Shown here: positions 1 to 8,942 of the stretch, in pieces
Layout of the letters: each line of letters starts with the position of its first letter
Numbering within the stretch: the stretch's first letter is position 1
Source: an uncultured Nitrospinota bacterium
Lineage (GTDB): Bacteria > Tectomicrobia > Entotheonellia > J063 > CAVPRW01
Assembly (NCBI GenBank): GCA_963707985.1
Contig: CAVPRW010000007.1
Span: forward strand, 124,520 to 188,519
Direction of reading: 5' to 3'
DNA: 64,000 bases
Notes under the pieces: generated by a model
Seen by the model: the letters and a program-made list of their open reading frames with translations, nothing else
The model's database searches: none
What the model was told of the DNA's origin: nothing
Made by a program: the position numbers and the translations under genes

Positions 1-2
1 AT

Positions 3-137
3 ACCCCTATCCGTGAGGTGGCGGCACGGATGGCCAGCTGCGGAGTGCATCGCCTGATTGTGGTGGACACCGATCAGCAGATCCGTGGCATTGTGACCTC
101 TCTGGATGTGTTACGCTGGGTGGCGGATCAGCCATAA
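3..137 (+). CDS. CBS domain protein, C-terminal part (truncated by window start)
   Basis: Frame 3 reads TPIREVAARMASCGVHRLIVVDTDQQIRGIVTSLDVLRWVADQP*, a typical CBS pattern (HRLIVVD...GIVT..D). Confidence 0.8.
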   Translation, partial: TPIREVAARMASCGVHRLIVVDTDQQIRGIVTSLDVLRWVADQP

Positions 138-270
138 ATGCATGCTACCCTCCATCACCTCCCCACGAGCGGTGACTCGAGTGCTGATGCACCTTCGCCA
201 CGGTGTCTGGCGATGCCGTCAGGACGGTGGCGGAGTCGGGAAACGGGGTGTCCTATAGGAGTGCTGGATC

Positions 271-591
271 ATGCGAGGTCAGATGTTCTGGCTAGGGCTC
301 ATCATCCTCCTGTTGGCGACGCCGCTCGTTGCCCAGGACCGCCTTCAGCTGATCGAACAGGGGAGGAAGTTTTTCTTCGACGAAGGGTGCTTTGGTTGCC
401 ACACAGTGGGGAAAGTGGGAACGCCGATTGGCCCAAATCTCTCGGAAGTCGGCTCGAAGTATCCACTATCCTATCTTACCGCGTGGTTGCGGGATCCTGC
501 GAGCCAAAAACCAAAGGCACATATGCCGAAAATCGCTCTCAGCGAGGACGAGATACGCGCCCTGGCCGCGTATCTGTCGTCGTTGCGGTGA
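271..591 (+). CDS. Monoheme class I cytochrome c
   Basis: N-terminal signal peptide, CFGCH heme motif, GPNL loop, distal Met (HMP), C-terminal EIRALAAYL helix. Confidence 0.9.
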   Translation: MRGQMFWLGLIILLLATPLVAQDRLQLIEQGRKFFFDEGCFGCHTVGKVGTPIGPNLSEVGSKYPLSYLTAWLRDPASQKPKAHMPKIALSEDEIRALAAYLSSLR

Positions 592-612
592 GGGTTGAAA
601 GGAGGGTCAGTC

Positions 613-987
613 ATGACACGAACTCTGCTCGTCAGCGTTTCCCTCATCACGGTACTCCTCGGAGGATCAGCCGTGGCAGGCATGCAGCACCGGATGGGTG
701 GTCAGATGCCAATGGGGAGTCAAGCTGAGACCCAGGAGCCTTCTTCTGGCCAGCACCAGATGATGGGGCGTGGGATGATGGGTCAAGGCATGATGGGTCA
801 TGGCATGATGGGGATGATGTGTCCCATGATGGCGATGATGCTGGATCCCGCTGGTACAGCCAGCGCGGGTGGGCAGCCGATGGATCCCAAAGCCGTTGGA
901 CGCCTGCTTCAGCTCCGGGGCGATATGCTCAAGGCCATGGGGGAAGTCTTGCTGAAGCATGGGAAGGCGATGGAGGAGGGCCAGTAG
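613..987 (+). CDS. Met-rich exported protein (possible Cu/Ag-binding)
   Basis: Signal peptide, repeated GMMG units and MMCPMM; GGAGG RBS before ATG 613. Confidence 0.7.
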   Translation: MTRTLLVSVSLITVLLGGSAVAGMQHRMGGQMPMGSQAETQEPSSGQHQMMGRGMMGQGMMGHGMMGMMCPMMAMMLDPAGTASAGGQPMDPKAVGRLLQLRGDMLKAMGEVLLKHGKAMEEGQ

Positions 988-1039
988 CAGGTACAGGTGC
1001 ATCGCGCGGTCAGGAGCAAGACCGCTACAGTCGGCGCGA

Positions 1040-1477
1040 TTACCGTTGCAGCATCATGACATACTCAGCGATCAGGCGCTCGCGTTGGATCGTGGTCGCG
1101 TGCGGCCAGCCGATTTTGCGCTCCTTCATCTCGCGTTCAATGATTTCCCCCCACACCGGCATGGCCGAGTTGCCATGGGCTCGGACCGGCTGACGGCCGT
1201 CGATGGCAGCGATGGTGTGCCGCAGCGGCGAAGCTTCACCATAGCGTTCTCTGAGGCGTGTCAAGTCAGCTGGGCGGGGCTCCAAGGCCGCGGCCGCTGG
1301 CCCATCACCCATCCCGGAAATCCCATGGCAGGAGGCGCAATACCGCATATAGAGGTCACGTCCCTCGACGGCAATGACCTCGGTTGGCCGAGTGGCGAAA
1401 TACAGGATGACACCAGCAAGAAGAGCCAGGCCGGCAAGGGATAAGGCCACATCTCGGGTAATGCGGAGTATGCTCAT
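1040..1477 (-). CDS. Membrane-anchored cytochrome c
   Basis: N-terminal TM helix, CASCHG..G.GDGP, PADLT and AHG..AMPVWG motifs. Confidence 0.9.
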   Translation of the reverse strand: MSILRITRDVALSLAGLALLAGVILYFATRPTEVIAVEGRDLYMRYCASCHGISGMGDGPAAAALEPRPADLTRLRERYGEASPLRHTIAAIDGRQPVRAHGNSAMPVWGEIIEREMKERKIGWPHATTIQRERLIAEYVMMLQR

Positions 1478-1637
1478 CGTCTTCTCCCGTGTGCAGTAGC
1501 GGTAAGCGAACCCTCTGGCGGGCCATTTGCGGCAGGCAAGTGGACGGGTCTGCCCCCAACACTCCCGACGCCTGCTAGAACGCTAACAGGAGCATTGTAT
1601 CAATGTCAAGGAGATGTCCCCGATGAAACTATCGGCG

Positions 1638-1666
1638 TTGACATCGCTTGATCCCTTCACTACACT
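1638..1666 (+). promoter_or_regulatory. sigma70-type promoter
   Basis: TTGACA-17 nt-TACACT upstream of the 1867 ORF. Confidence 0.6.
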
Positions 1667-1866
1667 CGCGTGCATGCGGTGTGGGCGTCAAACGAATCAA
1701 AGAGTCGGGGAATGTACACTTCAGCTCATGGCAGGAGGGGCTATGATGAGTCATGGATGAATGGATGCCGTGCGCTTAGCAAGGCCTGTCCTGCACAGGG
1801 CAATGTCATGACATGCTGGGGATGACGATCAGAGAAAATCAGACGGACATCGAAAGGTAGCCGGCG

Positions 1867-4194
1867 ATGATGAACGATCCATGGGAATCCGTGTGGGAGC
1901 ACGTCCGTGCAGGCAGGCACGCTATCGTACTCGGCTCGAGTGCGCTGCCAGCGGGACCAAGTGACCTGAAGGTCGTCCGAGTCAGTTGTGAGGCCACAGG
2001 CCCGAGTGGAGGAGCTCTGGATACGGCACGCCGTAAGGTGATGCAACTCCTCGGCGAAGATCTGCTGCCCTCCGGCCCGACTCCCAATCAGCTCGAAGCA
2101 GGGTTTCGCCGTCGGGTTCTGGGTGACCTGCCAGGCCCACCCCTGGAAGCCCAGGTGGTGGACGTGTGCAATCAGCTCGCCGAGCGCACGGGTGGGCGAG
2201 CGACGCTGATGTTTGAATCCATTGATGCCGCCGACGTGGCAACACTGGAGAGCCTCGCCCGCATTCTAGGGCGCCCGGGGTGGTTGCGATTGCCATTACT
2301 CCTGACCCTGCGCGGCGTGCCACAGGGACCGGTCGAGGAACTCATCAAGCTGATACGTCAAGGCTATGCCGAAGCGGGTATCTTTGAGATGAACGAGCCT
2401 GCTCCTGCTGATCAGGAAACAGCGTCCTTCACATGGACGGCATTGCCCCCTGACGTGCTTCGTGTGCTCCGTGCGGCATCGATGTTCGGGCCCACGTTCG
2501 AAGCCGACATGGTTGCCAGGCTGTTGGATGAGTCCTTAGGAGCGGTGTTGGAAAGACTCCAAAGGGCGGCCGACGTGGGTGCCCCGCTTGCCGACCGAGG
2601 AGAAGGACAATTTTCGCTGCCGCCGGATACGATCAGGGCGCTTCAGAGTCGAATGTTGCCCTCACTTCTCACCTTCTGGCACTCACGCCTCGGCGAACTC
2701 TTCAGCGGTGCAAGACGCGTGGGAAGCACGGCGACACCGGCACAGTATGAGGAGGGTCTACGGCGCCGCGAGGCGGGACCGGATGCGCGCCAGCAGATGT
2801 CAGAGCCAATAGAGACCTTGGTCGACATACCAAAGAGAGCACCTGAGACAGCACCTGCGGCCGAAGTCGCGAGCGCTCACCCTCGTGCAAGCTACTCATC
2901 CCTGTTCGAACCGGAGGAGCGCGCTGGGGCGCCAAGCCAGCCGACACAGCAGGAGGCGGCACCAGCAGTGGCTGCTGGTATCAGTGGGCGGGCATCCAGA
3001 CCGCGCCAGAGAGCTATGGAACCAGTGCCCCCGTCACGCCTGCCAGAAGATCAGACACGAGCAGCCGCCCATCTGCAGGCAGCCGGTCAAACCGAGGCTG
3101 CTGTTCAGCAGTACCTCGCGGCCGTTCGCGACGTGGCATCGCGTGGAGATACTCACCGCGCCTATGGCCTGGTAGAGCAAGGGTTGAAGTTGCTAGAGGA
3201 TCTTCCGGTGTCGCCCCGACGTGCCCTACTGCGAGCCCAACTCTTGATCGAGAGAGGGGCCTTGCAATGGCGTGGGGCTTTGATTGGTGCGCCATTTACG
3301 TTGCAACAGGCGTTGGTATCGCTCGAGACGGCCAGGTCAGCTCTACCCAACGATGTGCCCCCTGACATAGTCGGACGCCTCGCCGCGACCATCGCTGGGG
3401 TATGTTATGACTTGGGCGATCTGGACTCCCTGCAACGGGCGCTCGGTGAGTTGGTGGAGGCCAGCCGCCAACTGCTCGAAGCTCATGAAGCACTACTCGC
3501 CGCCCGCTTACTCAATGATCAAGCAGCCATTTACGTGCGCTTGGGAGACCCCGTACGCGCCACCCACCTCTTGGAAAGGTCGCGAGAGCTATTTGAAGGG
3601 CGCCTGCAGGCCAACGCAGACGATGTGGTGGCGCTCGAGGAACTCGCGGAAACTCACCACCTGTTGGCCCGGCTCCCCATGCATGCCTCAATCCGTCCCG
3701 GACGAGAGGCCGATGCCTTGGCGATGAGCCTGGAGCACGCCCAGGCAGCTGAACGCGCCTATCAACGCCTCGGCGAGCACCAGGAGCTGGCACGTGTGTG
3801 GGAAACCATGGGGAGACTCGCGTTGCAGCATGGACAGCATGCGGCGGCCCAACAACGCCTGTCGGCAGCTCTTACGAGCCAGCAACAGCTCGGCGATGTG
3901 ATCGGGGCGGCGCGTTCCACGGCCGCCTTGGCGGAGTTATGTAGGGTGACGGGCCGACTGGCGGACGCGCTGACGCTGCTCGATAATTCGATTAGACTCA
4001 ATCTTGAGAAGGGATCGCCCTTGGGGCTTGCCGTCAATCGCCGTGCCCTCAGCGCCATCGCCGACGCGGTTACTCAGTCCCAAGGGCCAGGAGCAAGAGA
4101 GCTTCGAGGCGCTGTGGAGGAGGTCGAGCATCATCTAACGCAGGCTGAGTCAGTCCTTGGGCGCATGGAACTGCCGGGAGAGGGACGCCCATAA
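1867..4194 (+). CDS. Large protein with degenerate STAND-like region, low-complexity linker and C-terminal TPR-like helical repeats
   Basis: 775 aa ORF; LMFESIDAAD..TL resembles a STAND Walker B region, LP....RVLRAASMFG.TF segment, Ala/Leu-rich helical repeats; no intact Walker A. Confidence 0.6.
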   Translation: MMNDPWESVWEHVRAGRHAIVLGSSALPAGPSDLKVVRVSCEATGPSGGALDTARRKVMQLLGEDLLPSGPTPNQLEAGFRRRVLGDLPGPPLEAQVVDVCNQLAERTGGRATLMFESIDAADVATLESLARILGRPGWLRLPLLLTLRGVPQGPVEELIKLIRQGYAEAGIFEMNEPAPADQETASFTWTALPPDVLRVLRAASMFGPTFEADMVARLLDESLGAVLERLQRAADVGAPLADRGEGQFSLPPDTIRALQSRMLPSLLTFWHSRLGELFSGARRVGSTATPAQYEEGLRRREAGPDARQQMSEPIETLVDIPKRAPETAPAAEVASAHPRASYSSLFEPEERAGAPSQPTQQEAAPAVAAGISGRASRPRQRAMEPVPPSRLPEDQTRAAAHLQAAGQTEAAVQQYLAAVRDVASRGDTHRAYGLVEQGLKLLEDLPVSPRRALLRAQLLIERGALQWRGALIGAPFTLQQALVSLETARSALPNDVPPDIVGRLAATIAGVCYDLGDLDSLQRALGELVEASRQLLEAHEALLAARLLNDQAAIYVRLGDPVRATHLLERSRELFEGRLQANADDVVALEELAETHHLLARLPMHASIRPGREADALAMSLEHAQAAERAYQRLGEHQELARVWETMGRLALQHGQHAAAQQRLSAALTSQQQLGDVIGAARSTAALAELCRVTGRLADALTLLDNSIRLNLEKGSPLGLAVNRRALSAIADAVTQSQGPGARELRGAVEEVEHHLTQAESVLGRMELPGEGRP

Positions 4195-4252
4195 TGCGGG
4201 AAGCCCCTCCATACGAAATGGCCCTTTACCCTTCTGAGCATGGATGACAGTC

Positions 4253-4807
4253 TTACAGGCCTGAAGTTCCGAGAATGGCGACCGTGCTTGCCTGGGGTCC
4301 TTGAGCCCCAGCCTCCTCGGTAAAACGTACCTCTGTGCCGATCGACAGCCGCTCGAAACCGGGGTGCAGCACGCTGTTGCGATGGAAGTAGATCTCGCGC
4401 CCCTCTGGCGTTTCTATGAAGCCATGGTCGCGTTCTGGAAGCAATTTGCTGACGCGACCGTGGGACATGCCTTCATGCGTCTTCACATCGCCCCGCTGCC
4501 GACGAGCATAATCTTCCAGACGCCGACGGGCAGCATCGAAGGCGTCCCGGATGGCCACATAGAGATCCGTATCGGTTTGGCGGTCGACCACGAGCTCCGA
4601 CCCGGGTACTGACAGATCGATTCTGACCACGTATGGGCCTTGGCGGTGGTGGCGCCCAGGCCCTTCCACGACCACTCGACAGCTGATGATGCCATCGTAA
4701 TAGGTGTCGAGATTTTCCGCTTTGGCGCGAATATCGTTCTCGGCCACCTCGGATAGGGACAGGTCACGAGCGGTGATTTGCAAGGGCTGTTGCACGGTTT
4801 CCTCCAT
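4253..4807 (-). CDS. HPF/RaiA-like ribosome-associated domain fused to a cold-shock domain
   Basis: LQITARD...SCRVVVE...DLYVAIRDAFDAARRRL, then GRVSKL...GFIET.EGREIYFHRNSV. Confidence 0.9.
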   Translation of the reverse strand: MEETVQQPLQITARDLSLSEVAENDIRAKAENLDTYYDGIISCRVVVEGPGRHHRQGPYVVRIDLSVPGSELVVDRQTDTDLYVAIRDAFDAARRRLEDYARRQRGDVKTHEGMSHGRVSKLLPERDHGFIETPEGREIYFHRNSVLHPGFERLSIGTEVRFTEEAGAQGPQASTVAILGTSGL

Positions 4808-4906
4808 GGTTCTAGCGATGACGACTCACCTGGCCTGGCAAGGTTGCATAGGCGGTCCATAAGTACCGGCTCGCCCTCCGCACATGCGCATGCCACGACG
4901 GCAGGA

Positions 4907-5416
4907 TCAGGCTTTGGCTTCTCCCTGGCGTCGGATAGTGAACACCGGGCAAGACGCGTGCCGGGTGACCTCCTCTGCCACACTTCCGAGTAAGAGGTGG
5001 CGTAACCCACTATGTCCATGGGTGCCCATCACGATGAGATCGACCCCCTCCTCACGCGCCACACGTAGAATTTCTTCCGCCGGCTTGCCCACTCCCACCA
5101 TGCTTTCCAACGGCAGAGGCTCTTTGAGGTGCTTGTGGGCAAAGTCCTGTAGTTCAGTCGAGGCCTTGTCTATCAGATCGATGATGATGGTCTGGCCAGC
5201 GAAGGGTCGGTTGCCCGGCGCCATTCTTTCAAGATAATACGCTGGTGGACTGGTCACACCGATTCCCTGGGCAAATACCTCTTCGACGGCTTTGGGGATC
5301 ACATGGAATAGGAGCAGCCGAGAGCCGTATTTCTCTGCCAGACTCATCCCCCACAATAACGCCTGCTGGGAGTCGCTTGAGTAATCGACGGGCACGAGGA
5401 TTTTCCGGACATCCAT
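4907..5416 (-). CDS. Universal stress protein
   Basis: KILVPVDYS...DLIVMGTHG.SGL.HLLLGSVAE.V.R.A.CPV. Confidence 0.92.
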   Translation of the reverse strand: MDVRKILVPVDYSSDSQQALLWGMSLAEKYGSRLLLFHVIPKAVEEVFAQGIGVTSPPAYYLERMAPGNRPFAGQTIIIDLIDKASTELQDFAHKHLKEPLPLESMVGVGKPAEEILRVAREEGVDLIVMGTHGHSGLRHLLLGSVAEEVTRHASCPVFTIRRQGEAKA

Positions 5417-5699
5417 GCGCGTTGCTCCTCTCCATGCTGGAGCCTCGTTCTGGGTGCTGTGGCCATTTTTTGAAGTGTTCGCTCCAGCGAGTGGATTGCC
5501 AGTTCAAGAATATGGCAGGCAGGCACCCCAAGAGCCGAGGCGGAGGTCTGACGCCCGACACCGCAGCCATCCATTGTCCTGACAACGTCCCCAAGGCTTC
5601 AGGCTCAGCGGGCTCTTGATGCCGGGGGGTGGCAGAGCCCGTCCGATCTCGTTGTCGACGATCGAGGCTGCGGCGATTATCGGGCAGATGAATCAACAA

Positions 5700-6143
5700 T
5701 TACTCGACAGTCACTGGGATGGCTTTCGGCTTGGCCTCCTCAGTCTTCGGCAGACTTATAGTGAGCACTCCATTCTTGAAGCTGGCCTTGATCTTGTCCG
5801 GGGCTACGGACGCTGGTAGCCGAACCATCCGCACGAACGCACCATAGCTCCGCTCCACGATGTGCCGCTGCTCGTCCTTCTCCTCTTTTTCTTGTTTCCT
5901 CTCTCCTTTGATAGTCAAAACATCCCCGGAAACGGATACGTCCAAATCCTTAGTTTCAAGTCCTGGAAGTTCGGTCTTGATGGTCAGCGCGTCCTTCGTT
6001 TCGGACATATCGAGCCGGGGTTCCCATGTTCCACCGGGAAGTTCCGGGCCCGGCACCTCACCAAAGAAACGTTCCAGAAGGCGGTCCATTTCGCGCCGTA
6101 ATGATCCGAGTTCTCCCAACGGTCGCCAGGGGGTCAATGCCAT
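5700..6143 (-). CDS. Hsp20/alpha-crystallin small heat shock protein
   Basis: ELPGL...VLTIKGERK...ERSYGAF.R...LP...ASFKNGVLTISLPK; GGAGG RBS before ATG 6143. Confidence 0.95.
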   Translation of the reverse strand: MALTPWRPLGELGSLRREMDRLLERFFGEVPGPELPGGTWEPRLDMSETKDALTIKTELPGLETKDLDVSVSGDVLTIKGERKQEKEEKDEQRHIVERSYGAFVRMVRLPASVAPDKIKASFKNGVLTISLPKTEEAKPKAIPVTVE

Positions 6144-6220
6144 GAGAACACCTCCTATTGATGTGGAATTGCGTGTTGCATCTGCTTCTGACCTCTCTAC
6201 TCGCGTCATTCCTATCAAGG

Positions 6221-6236
6221 TGCAAACTGCTTGCCA
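6221..6236 (-). promoter_or_regulatory. sigma54 -24/-12 promoter for hsp20
   Basis: Minus strand TGGCAAGCAGTTTGCA (GG-N10-GC), ~80 nt upstream of the hsp20 start. Confidence 0.7.
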
Positions 6237-6578
6237 TCACGGAGCACACCTGGTAAGACACAGAGGGCTCGTTGTCTAGGGAGAAGCGCTTCGAGAAGCA
6301 TAGCCTTGACCAGGGTGACAGAGGAAGGCAGGGACAATCTGTCACATTATCGACCATTCTGTCTCGCTCCCCGAGTGCCGTCAAAAGGGGGGTACAATGA
6401 ATTTCTAGGAAATCATTGGGGCACAATGTCTCGCCCATTTGTGTGGGACGGGCGAGACTCTCCGGAGAAGACGAGAGAATTTCACAACTACGGTGCGACA
6501 GATGTGACGGGGTCCATCCATCAGGTAGGACAGGAGGAGTGGGAGCACCAGAGGCGGAGGTTACACGGCACCCCGTTG

Positions 6579-6594
6579 CGGCATGTGCATTGCT
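6579..6594 (+). promoter_or_regulatory. sigma54 -24/-12 promoter candidate for usp
   Basis: CGGCATGTGCATTGCT (GG-N10-GC). Confidence 0.5.
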
Positions 6595-6817
6595 GCGAAC
6601 GGCATAGCGGTGATATGACGCAGTGGATCACATGAGGCGCTGCCGCACGCAGACCCGATACGTGCCCCCAGGGTAAAGAGGAGGGATCACGAGCTGGCGG
6701 TGCTCGATCGGAACCGGCTGCTCGTCGCCATCGTCTCCCTCTATACTCAAGAGCCCTATACACATGGGCCGAGACGATAGCTGGTATAGTCCTGCCTAAG
6801 GATACGATAGGAGGGTG

Positions 6818-7279
6818 ATGGCCATGGATATCCATCATATCTTAGCACCTACTGATTTCTCCGTGCATGCCAACCAGGCCGTGACCTCTGCCTTCGAGCT
6901 GGCACAGACATGTGGGGCAAAGTTGTCATTGCTGCACGTCATCGAGATCCCGGTGTATGCAATCGAGGTGGCTCTACCGTTGGCGGACCTCGAACAGCAG
7001 GCCCGCCAGTCGTTGGCGGGCCTGCTTCCAGAAGCAGTCGCAGCCCACGTGGAGGTGACCCGCCTCGTGGAGCTGGGTGTGCCCTATCTCAGAATTCTGG
7101 AGGTGGCGAGAACCGAGCACGTGGACCTGATCGTCATGGCCACACACGGGCGCACCGGCCTTGGTCATCTGGTCCTGGGCAGTGTTGCCGAGCGCATAGT
7201 CCGCCTTGCTCCGTGCCCGGTGCTCACCATCCGGTCGACAGGAGAGGATACGGTGGGCCTACGCACCACGTTGATTTGA
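6818..7279 (+). CDS. Universal stress protein
   Basis: ILAPTDFS...DLIVMATHGRTGL.HLVLGSVAERIVR.APCPVL. Confidence 0.92.
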   Translation: MAMDIHHILAPTDFSVHANQAVTSAFELAQTCGAKLSLLHVIEIPVYAIEVALPLADLEQQARQSLAGLLPEAVAAHVEVTRLVELGVPYLRILEVARTEHVDLIVMATHGRTGLGHLVLGSVAERIVRLAPCPVLTIRSTGEDTVGLRTTLI

Positions 7280-7389
7280 TCCAACTGCGCGTGTCGATTC
7301 AGCTCCGCGCCCTCGGCCGGCGTTACCAGGCATCATCCCGATAACGGCCGGCCAGACTTGACCCGTAACTTCCCGTTCTCCACAGGGGC

Positions 7390-7794
7390 TTATAAGGTGA
7401 TTACCTGGTCCGGCGGGTTTGCCGAAAGGGCTGCATATAGGTCTGGGAAGCAGCCCACCCGCACGCCCTGGACCGTGTGCTTGACGTGACACGGCGCGGG
7501 TGAGCTCCGTCCCTGACCGGTGGCCGGATCGCACCAGACGGGATCGCCTGTGGCAAGGCCACGCTCTAGGGCGCAGGTATCACACATCATCAGCATGATG
7601 TGATGTTCTGCGGCCACCTTTGCCAACCGCTCACCGAGGGCGTCTCCCTGGCGCAATACGAAGGTATTGTCATCGAAAAAGAACATTGCGACTACCTCTG
7701 CGCCATGGGTGCCGGCCTCGATCTGCGGTAGGATCATCTGGCCCAACTTGTAACTGGCCGATCGGGGCAAGGCAAACAGATATGCGACCTTCAT
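7390..7794 (-). CDS. DsrE-like (SaoD-type) protein
   Basis: MKVAY.F...LGQMILPQIE...HG.EVV.MFFFDDN...MMCD.CA.ERG...GCFPDLY..L....PDQVITL. Confidence 0.75.
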   Translation of the reverse strand: MKVAYLFALPRSASYKLGQMILPQIEAGTHGAEVVAMFFFDDNTFVLRQGDALGERLAKVAAEHHIMLMMCDTCALERGLATGDPVWCDPATGQGRSSPAPCHVKHTVQGVRVGCFPDLYAALSANPPDQVITL

Positions 7795-7950
7795 GATGGC
7801 TTCTCCATTGGCGTCGCTCTCCCAGGTCTCTGTTTATATCCTGCATAAACGAGCCTGTCGAAAATGTTGCTGCGGATTACGGGGATCCCGGAGGGACACG
7901 GAACGCCGTGTCCCTGCCACGCCTGCTGTCAAAGTCCCAACGGCGAACGC

Positions 7951-8376
7951 TCAGGGCCACAGGTCGCGCAGTTCCGGCGGCATGATATGTTTGATATCTT
8001 CGATCTCACCCTCGGTGATGCGCCGCGACAGCATCTTAAACACGCCGCGGACGACGGCTTCCGCGTCGAGATCTTCCTCTTTGGTGAAGTATGCCTTCAC
8101 ATGGGCGCAAAATTCCTCCTTGTGCCGTTCTTTCACCGGTGTGCCGGCCGGGCTCCAGCCTTCGTAATAGAAACCCCGGACGAGCATGGGTAGTTGGGCT
8201 CCCAGATGGGCCGCCTCGTCCACCGTCAGCCGGTCACGCAGGGCGTGCAACGTGGCCCTAAGTGCCACGTACGCTTGATGTTGGTCTTCCCACTGCAGCT
8301 CCTCCGCGAGATCCTTCAGCCAAATATGCGTCTTCTGCAGTGTATTAGCGAAGAGTTCATGATGTGTGGTGCTCAT
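7951..8376 (-). CDS. DUF2267 family protein
   Basis: LQKT..WL..L...AY.ALRATLHALRDRL...AAHLGAQLP.LVRG.YYEGW.P; ends ELRDLWP. Confidence 0.9.
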   Translation of the reverse strand: MSTTHHELFANTLQKTHIWLKDLAEELQWEDQHQAYVALRATLHALRDRLTVDEAAHLGAQLPMLVRGFYYEGWSPAGTPVKERHKEEFCAHVKAYFTKEEDLDAEAVVRGVFKMLSRRITEGEIEDIKHIMPPELRDLWP

Positions 8377-8520
8377 GTGCTAGCCTCCCCTTCTACGGCA
8401 TGGCAGACCGCCAGGTAGCTCAGTGGTATGATGTCATCGCCAAAATGCCTCGGATGCATGGTCCAAACATATAGGGCACTCTGAAACGAAGCATTCGATG
8501 TCTAGATGCTTGGCAAGAGG

Positions 8521-8535
8521 GCAATATCTGTGCCA
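8521..8535 (-). promoter_or_regulatory. sigma54 -24/-12 promoter for the DUF2267 gene
   Basis: Minus strand TGGCACAGATATTGC, near consensus. Confidence 0.7.
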
Positions 8536-8871
8536 GTGGAACGCCGAAGCCCAAGGCTGAGCCGAGCTGCGGTTTATCTCGGGACGGAGATGATGCTCGG
8601 AGCAATTTCGTCCCGTGATGGGGCAAGGTGCCTCACATGCTGCCTACCATCAGCCGACAGCCTGTCAATCGAACCATACACTATAGCGATGCCGGATCAC
8701 AGGCCGTAAGATAGCTCTTGCGGCTTCCGGCACTGCTGGGACAAAACGTCCCTTCATGAGACAAATTGTACGACTGCCCCTGGGGTGTTGCTTGCGGGCA
8801 GAGAACCGCAGATAATTCTTAAAGCGGTGCATCGCCCGGCGCACGTCTGGACAGGCGACCCAGCCAGTCGA

Positions 8872-8886
8872 TGGCAAGCGGGTTGC
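8872..8886 (+). promoter_or_regulatory. sigma54 -24/-12 promoter for glgP
   Basis: TGGCAAGCGGGTTGC, ~55 nt upstream of ATG 8943. Confidence 0.65.
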
Positions 8887-8942
8887 CTATCTGCCGCCTA
8901 TACAACACGGGGAGGGTGTTCGTTACGTCAAAGGAGACATCG

